Source: the human T2T-CHM13v2.0 reference genome, Homo sapiens. Taken from it: DNA of 64,000 bases. The position numbers and the translations under genes were made by a program. This document shows, one piece after another, positions 56,881-64,000 of the stretch (its first letter is position 1; the number at the start of each line of letters is the position of its first letter). Location: NCBI RefSeq assembly GCF_009914755.1, contig NC_060948.1, one strand, 5' to 3'. The notes below the pieces were generated by a model that searched no databases, was not told where the DNA came from, and saw only the letters and a program-made list of their open reading frames with translations.

Positions 56881-59800
56881 TGAAAAAGAATTGAATGGAA
56901 TAGAACAGAATGGAATCAAATCGAATGAAATGGAATGGAATAGAAAGGAATGGAATGAAATGGAATGGAAAGGATTCGAATGGAATGCAATCGAATGGAA
57001 TGAAATCGAATGGAATGGAATCGAACGGAATGGAATAAAATGGAAGAAAACTGGCAAGAAATGGAGTCGAAATGAATGGAGTGTTATGGAACGGACTCAA
57101 AAGGAATTGAATGTAATAGAATGGAGTGGAGTGGACTCGAATATAATGGACTGGAATGGAATGAAATCACATGGAATGGGAAGGAATGGAATGGAATGGA
57201 AATGAATGGAATCGAATGGAAAGGAATCGAATGGAAGGGAATGAAATTGAATCAACAGGAATGGAAGGGAGTAGAATAGACGGTAATGGAATGGACTCGA
57301 ATAGAATGGACACGAATGCTCAAATTGAATGGACTCGAATGGAATGGAAACGAAAGGAATGTCATCGAATGGAATTGAATCGATTGGAATGAAATCACAT
57401 AGAATGGAGTGGAATCAAATGGAATTGAATCGAAAGGAAAGGAAGCGAATGGACTGAAATGAAATGGAATGGAATTGAATGGAAATTAATGCAATGGAAT
57501 AGAATGGAACGAAATTTCACGGAATGGAATCAAACTGAATGGAATCAAATCAATGGAATATAATCAAATGGAATGGAAAGGAATTGAATGGAGTAGATTG
57601 GATTGGATGGGATTGGAATGAAATGTACTGGAAAGGACTCGAATTTCATGAAACGGAATGGAATGAATTAGAACGGAATGGACCTGAATGGAATGGAATG
57701 TCATGGAATGGCATCAAATGGAATGGAATCGAATGCGATGGAATGCTATGGAATGGAATGGAATGCATTGGAATGGAATGTCCTCTAATGGAATGTATTC
57801 GAGTGGAATGGAATCGAATATAATGGAGTCTAATGAAAGGGAATTGAAAGGAATGGGACCGAATACAATGGAATATACTGGAATGTAATGTAATGAACTC
57901 GAATGTAATTGACTGGAATGGAATGTACATGAATGGAATGTAATCGAATGGAAAGCAATCCAATGGAATAGAATCTAATGCAATAAAATGGACTCAAATA
58001 GAGTAGAATGTAATGGAATGGAGTGCAGTGCAATGGAATGGAATGGAATGGAATGCAATGGAATGGAATGGAATGGAATGGAATGGAATGGGATGGAATG
58101 GTATGGAATGGATAGTAATGGACTGGAGTGAAATGGACTGGAAAAGAATGGACTCAAATTGAAAGGGCTCGAAAGGAATGGAGTCAAATGGAATGGTCTG
58201 GAATGGAATGAACATGAATGTAATGCAATCCAATAGAATGGAATCGAATGGCATGGAATATAAAGAAATGGAATCGAAGAGAATGGAAACAAATGGAATG
58301 GAATTGAATGGAATGGAATTGAATGGAATGGGAACGAATGGAGTGAAATTGTATGCAGTAGAAGAGAATAGAATGGAATGGAAGCGAAAGGAAAGGAATG
58401 GATTGGAATGGAATGGAATTCATTGGAATGGAAGGGAATGTAGTGTAATGGACAGGCCTGGAATAAAGTGGAATGCTACGGTCTCGAATGGAATAAAAAT
58501 GTATGGAATGGAATGCAATGAAACGGAATCGAATGTCATAGAATGTAATGGAATGCAAAAAAATGGAATCCAAAATCATTGACTGGAAAGGCTGGGTGTC
58601 GAAAGGAATTGACTCCAATGGAATGGAATCGAATGGAATGGAAGTGAATAGAATCGAACTAAATCGAATGGAATGGAATTGATAGGAACGGAATGGAAAG
58701 GAATGCAATGATTTGGCATGGAATGGAATCGAATGGCATCGAATGGAATGGAATGGAATGCAATGGAATGGAATGTATTAGAATGTAATGAACTTTAATG
58801 GAATGTACTCGAATGGATTCGACTGGAATGGAATGTTCTCGAAGTGAATGGACTCCAATGGAATGGATTCGAAAGGAATGGAATCTAATGGAATGGAATT
58901 AAATGGAAATGAATCAAATTGAATAGCACGGAATTGAATTGAATGGAATCGAATGCAATGGAATCTAATGAAACGGAAAGGAAAGGAATGGAATGGAATG
59001 GAATGGGCTGGAATGGAACGGAATCGAAACGAATGGAATGGAATCGAACTGAAGAGACTGGAATGGAATGCACTGGAATGGAAGGGAGTGTAATGGAAGG
59101 TTCTCGAAAAAAATGGAATCGAATGGAATGGAATTGAATGGAACGGAATAGAGTCGAATGGAATTGAATGGAATGGAATGGACTAGAGTGAAATGGAATC
59201 GAACCACAAGGAATGGACAGGAATAGAATGGTCTCGAATTGAATGGAATCGTATGGAATGGCATCAAACGGAATGGAATGGACAGCCACGGAATGGAATG
59301 CACTCGAATGCAATGGAGTCGAAACTAAAGGACTGGAATAGAATGGACTCGACTGGTACGGACTCCAATGGAATGGAATCGAATGGAAGGGAATCGAACG
59401 GAATGGACTCGAAGGGAAAAGACTGCAATGGAAAGGTCTCGAATGGAATGGAAATTAATGGAATGGAATGGAATCGAATGAAATGGAGTCAAAAGGAATG
59501 GAATCGAATGGCAAGAAATCGAATGTAATGGAATCGCAAGGAATTGATGTGAACGGAACGGAATGGAATGGAATCCAAAGGAATGGAATAGAATGGAATG
59601 GAATCGAATGGAAAGGACTCGAATGGAAATCACTCGAATAGAATGCAATTTAATAAAATAGGATCAAATGTAATGGAATGGAATGGAAAGGAATCGAATC
59701 GAAAGGAATGCAGACAGATGGAATGGAATGGAACAGACAGCAATGGTATAGAATGGAATGGAATCATCTGGAATGGAATTGAATGGAATGGAATAATATG

Positions 59801-60419
59801 AAATGGAATGGAATGGAATGGAATGGAATGCCCTTGAATTAAATGGACTGGAATGGAATGGACTCGAACAGAGTGGAATGGAAAGTGTTGAAATAGAATG
59901 GAATGGACTCGTTTGGAATGGTCTAGTATGCAATGCAATCGACTGGCAGGGAATCAAAAGGAATGTAATGGAATGGATTGGACTGGAATGCAATGGACTC
60001 GAATAGATTGGAAACGGAATACAAAGGAATGGAATGGAATAGTAGGGAATGGAATGGAAAGGAATGGAGTGGAATAGACTAGAGTGGAATGGAATGGACT
60101 GGAAAGCAATGGACTGGAATGGAACTTTCTTGAATGGACTGGAATCAAACGGAATGGAATGCAATGCAATCAAATGGCATGGAATAAAATAGAATGAAAG
60201 AGAATCAAATGGAATTGAATCGAATGGAATAGAATGGATTGGAAAGGAATAGAATGGAATGGAATGGAATTGACTCAAATGGAATGGACTAGAATGGAAT
60301 GGATTCGAATGGAAGGCAAAGGAATGGAATCTATTGGAATGGACTGTAATGGAATGGAATGGAAGGGATTGGAATGGACTCGAATGGAATGGACTGCAAT
60401 AGAAAGGATTCGAATGGAA
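56881..60419 (+). repeat. DYZ1 unit 17 (3539 bp)
   Basis: 15-bp gain at ~57001, 15-bp losses at ~57715 and ~58880, GGACCTGAA (~57680). Confidence 0.9.
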
Positions 60420-63400
60420 TGAAAAAGAATTGAATGGAATAGAACAGAATGGAATCAAATCGAATGAAATGGAATGGAATAGAAAGGAATGGAATGAAAT
60501 GGAATGGAAAGGATTCGAATGGAATGCAATCGAATGGAATGAAATCGAATGGAATGGAATCGAACGGAATGGAATAAAATGGAAGAAAACTGGCAAGAAA
60601 TGGAGTCGAAATGAATGGAGTGTTATGGAACGGACTCAAAAGGAATTGAATGTAATAGAATGGAGTGGAGTGGACTCGAATATAATGGACTGGAATGGAA
60701 TGAAATCACATGGAATGGGAAGGAATGGAATGGAATGGAAATGAATGGAATCGAATGGAAAGGAATCGAATGGAAGGGAATGAAATTGAATCAACAGGAA
60801 TGGAAGGGAGTAGAATAGACGGTAATGGAATGGACTCGAATAGAATGGACACGAATGCTCAAATTGAATGGACTCGAATGGAATGGAAACGAAAGGAATG
60901 TCATCGAATGGAATTGAATCGATTGGAATGAAATCACATAGAATGGAGTGGAATCAAATGGAATTGAATCGAAAGGAAAGGAAGCGAATGGACTGAAATG
61001 AAATGGAATGGAATTGAATGGAAATTAATGCAATGGAATAGAATGGAACGAAATTTCACGGAATGGAATCAAACTGAATGGAATCAAATCAATGGAATAT
61101 AATCAAATGGAATGGAAAGGAATTGAATGGAGTAGATTGGATTGGATGGGATTGGAATGAAATGTACTGGAAAGGACTCGAATTTCATGAAACGGAATGG
61201 AATGAATTAGAACGGAATGGACCTGAATGGAATGGAATGTCATGGAATGGCATCAAATGGAATGGAATCGAATGCGATGGAATGCTATGGAATGGAATGG
61301 AATGCATTGGAATGGAATGTCCTCTAATGGAATGTATTCGAGTGGAATGGAATCGAATATAATGGAGTCTAATGAAAGGGAATTGAAAGGAATGGGACCG
61401 AATACAATGGAATATACTGGAATGTAATGTAATGAACTCGAATGTAATTGACTGGAATGGAATGTACATGAATGGAATGTAATCGAATGGAAAGCAATCC
61501 AATGGAATAGAATCTAATGCAATAAAATGGACTCAAATAGAGTAGAATGTAATGGAATGGAGTGCAGTGCAATGGAATGGAATGGAATGGAATGCAATGG
61601 AATGGAATGGAATGGAATGGAATGGAATGGAATGGGATGGAATGGTATGGAATGGATAGTAATGGACTGGAGTGAAATGGACTGGAAAAGAATGGACTCA
61701 AATTGAAAGGGCTCGAAAGGAATGGAGTCAAATGGAATGGTCTGGAATGGAATGAACATGAATGTAATGCAATCCAATAGAATGGAATCGAATGGCATGG
61801 AATATAAAGAAATGGAATCGAAGAGAATGGAAACAAATGGAATGGAATTGAATGGAATGGAATTGAATGGAATGGGAACGAATGGAGTGAAATTGTATGC
61901 AGTAGAAGAGAATAGAATGGAATGGAAGCGAAAGGAAAGGAATGGATTGGAATGGAATGGAATTCATTGGAATGGAAGGGAATGTAGTGTAATGGACAGG
62001 CCTGGAATAAAGTGGAATGCTACGGTCTCGAATGGAATAAAAATGTATGGAATGGAATGCAATGAAACGGAATCGAATGTCATAGAATGTAATGGAATGC
62101 AAAAAAATGGACTCCAAAATCATTGACTGGAAAGGCTGGGTGTCGAAAGGAATTGACTCCAATGGAATGGAATCGAATGGAATGGAAGTGAATAGAATCG
62201 AACTAAATCGAATGGAATGGAATTGATAGGAACGGAATGGAAAGGAATGCAATGATTTGGCATGGAATGGAATCGAATGGCATCGAATGGAATGGAATGG
62301 AATGCAATGGAATGGAATGTATTAGAATGTAATGAACTTTAATGGAATGTACTCGAATGGATTCGACTGGAATGGAATGTTCTCGAAGTGAATGGACTCC
62401 AATGGAATGGATTCGAAAGGAATGGAATCTAATGGAATGGAATTAAATGGAAATGAATCAAATTGAATAGCACGGAATTGAATTGAATGGAATCGAATGC
62501 AATGGAATCTAATGAAACGGAAAGGAAAGGAATGGAATGGATTGGAATGGAATGGGCTGGAATGGAATGGAATCGAAACGAATGGAATGGAATCGAACTG
62601 AAGAGACTGGAATGGAATGCACTGGAATGGAAGGGAATGTAATGGAAGGTTCTCGAAAAAAAATGGAATCGAAAGGAATGGAATTGAATGGAACGGAATA
62701 GAGTCGAATGGAATTCAATGGAATGGAATGGACTAGAGTGAAATGGAATCGAACCACAAGGAATGGACAGGAATAGAATGGTCTCGAATTGAATGGAATC
62801 GTATGGAATGGCATCAAACGGAATGGAATGGACAGCCACGGAATGGAATGGACAGCCATGGAATGGAATGCACTCGAATGCAATGGAGTCGACACTAATG
62901 GACTGGAATAGAATGGACTCGACTGGTACGGACTCCAATGGAATGGTATCGAATGGAAGGGAATCGAACGGAATGGACTCGAAGGGAAAAGACTGCAATG
63001 GAAAGGTCTCGAATGGAATGGAAATTAATGGAATGGAATGGAATCGAATGAAATGGAGTCAAAAGGAATGGAATCGAATGTCAAGAAATCGAATGTAATG
63101 GAATCGCAAGGAATTGATGTGAACGGAACGGAATGGAATGGAATCCAAAGGAATGGAATAGAATGGAATGGAATCGAATGGAAAGGACTCGAATGGAAAT
63201 CACTCGAATAGAATGCAATTTAATAAAATAGGATCAAATGTAATGGAATGGAATGGAAAGGAATCGAAACGAAAGGAAAGGAGACAGATGGAATGGAATG
63301 GAACAGAGAGCAATGGTATAGAATGGAATGGAATCATCTGGAATGGAATTGAATGGAATGGAATAATATGAAATGGAAAGGAATGGAATGGAATGCCCTT

Positions 63401-63984
63401 GAATTAAATGGACTGGAATGGAATGGACTCGAACAGAGTGGAATGGAAAGTGTTGAAATAGAATGGAATGGACTCGTTTGGAATGGTCTAGTATGCAATG
63501 CAATCGACTGGCAGGGAATCAAAAGGAATGTAATCGAATGGATTGGACTGGAATGCAATGGACTCGAATAGATTGGAAACGGAAAGCAAAGGAATGGAAT
63601 GGAATAGTATGGAATGGAATGGAAAGGAATGGAGTGGAATAGACTAGAGTGGAATGGAATGGACTCGAAAGCAATGGACTGGAATGGAACTTTCTTGAAT
63701 GGACTGGAATCAAACGGAATGGAATGCAATGCAATCAAATGGCATGGAATAAAATAGAATGAAAGAGAATGAAATGGAATTGAATCGAATGGAATCGAAT
63801 GGATTGGAAAGGAATAGAATGGAATGGAATGGAATTGACTCAAATGGAATGGACTAGAATGGAATGGATTCGAATGGAAGGCAAAGGAATGGAATCTATT
63901 GGAATGGACTGTAATGGAATGGAATGGAAGGGATTGGAATGGACTCGAATGGAATGGACTGCAATAGAAAGGATTCGAATGGAA
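60420..63984 (+). repeat. DYZ1 unit 18 (3565 bp)
   Basis: First ~2.1 kb shares unit 17 variants; A8 at 62656-62663; 20-bp duplication at 62821-62860. Confidence 0.9.
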
Positions 63985-64000
63985 TGAAAAAGAATTGAAT

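Larger units (their letters stand above)
1..64000 (+). repeat. DYZ1: DYZ1 / HSat3 satellite array (human Yq12 heterochromatin), degenerate (GGAAT)n with ~3.55 kb unit
   Basis: Seen: GGAAT-derived pentamers throughout; landmarks such as GACAGGCCTGGAATAAAGTGG, GGCTGGGTGTCG and GCCCTTGAATTAAA recur every 3539-3573 bp; 18 units span 63,984 bp (mean ~3555). Established: the DYZ1 unit is ~3.56 kb (the male-specific '3.4 kb' HaeIII band). Confidence 0.97.

Noticed and set aside
11-63987. Hundreds of 60-313 aa ORFs (MEWNG-rich on +, FHSIP-rich on -)
   Set aside because: They are the direct translation of (GGAAT)n/(ATTCC)n, which has no stop codon when pure. They overlap in all frames, have no domain-like content, and fuse or split freely between units.
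1-64000. CRISPR-like or other repeat-spacer array
   Set aside because: No constant repeat with unique spacers; the variable segments recur every ~3.55 kb and no cas-like gene is present.
1-64000. HSat2, telomeric repeat, DYZ2/HSat1B, Alu or L1 insertion, or an inversion
   Set aside because: No TTAGGG runs, no AT-rich or Alu-like block, no non-pentameric insert, no strand switch. Unit size and landmarks fit DYZ1 rather than HSat2.

Overview
The whole 64 kb window is one uninterrupted human satellite 3 (HSat3) array of the Y-specific DYZ1 family (Yq12 heterochromatin). It consists of degenerate (GGAAT)n pentamers, all on the + strand, organised into 18 head-to-tail units of 3539-3573 bp plus 16 bp of a 19th. 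The identification rests on the ~3.55 kb period, a conserved HaeIII/StuI and EcoRI site per unit, and exact matches to the classic DYZ1 sexing primers as I recall them (154 bp apart). I see no credible protein-coding gene, RNA gene, transposon, DYZ2 block or CRISPR array; all listed ORFs are pentamer translation artefacts. I cannot support a new gene system here. Two things stand out. First, every unit carries three perfect tripartite heat-shock elements, and their GAA/TTC cores are intact in all 18 units while their spacer bases vary. Second, the array has a nested duplication history: a 6-unit (~21.3 kb) duplication whose second copy lacks exactly one unit, further single-unit tandem duplications, mosaic units and a local mutation cluster. 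All comparisons were made by eye and from ORF-track offsets, not by alignment software.
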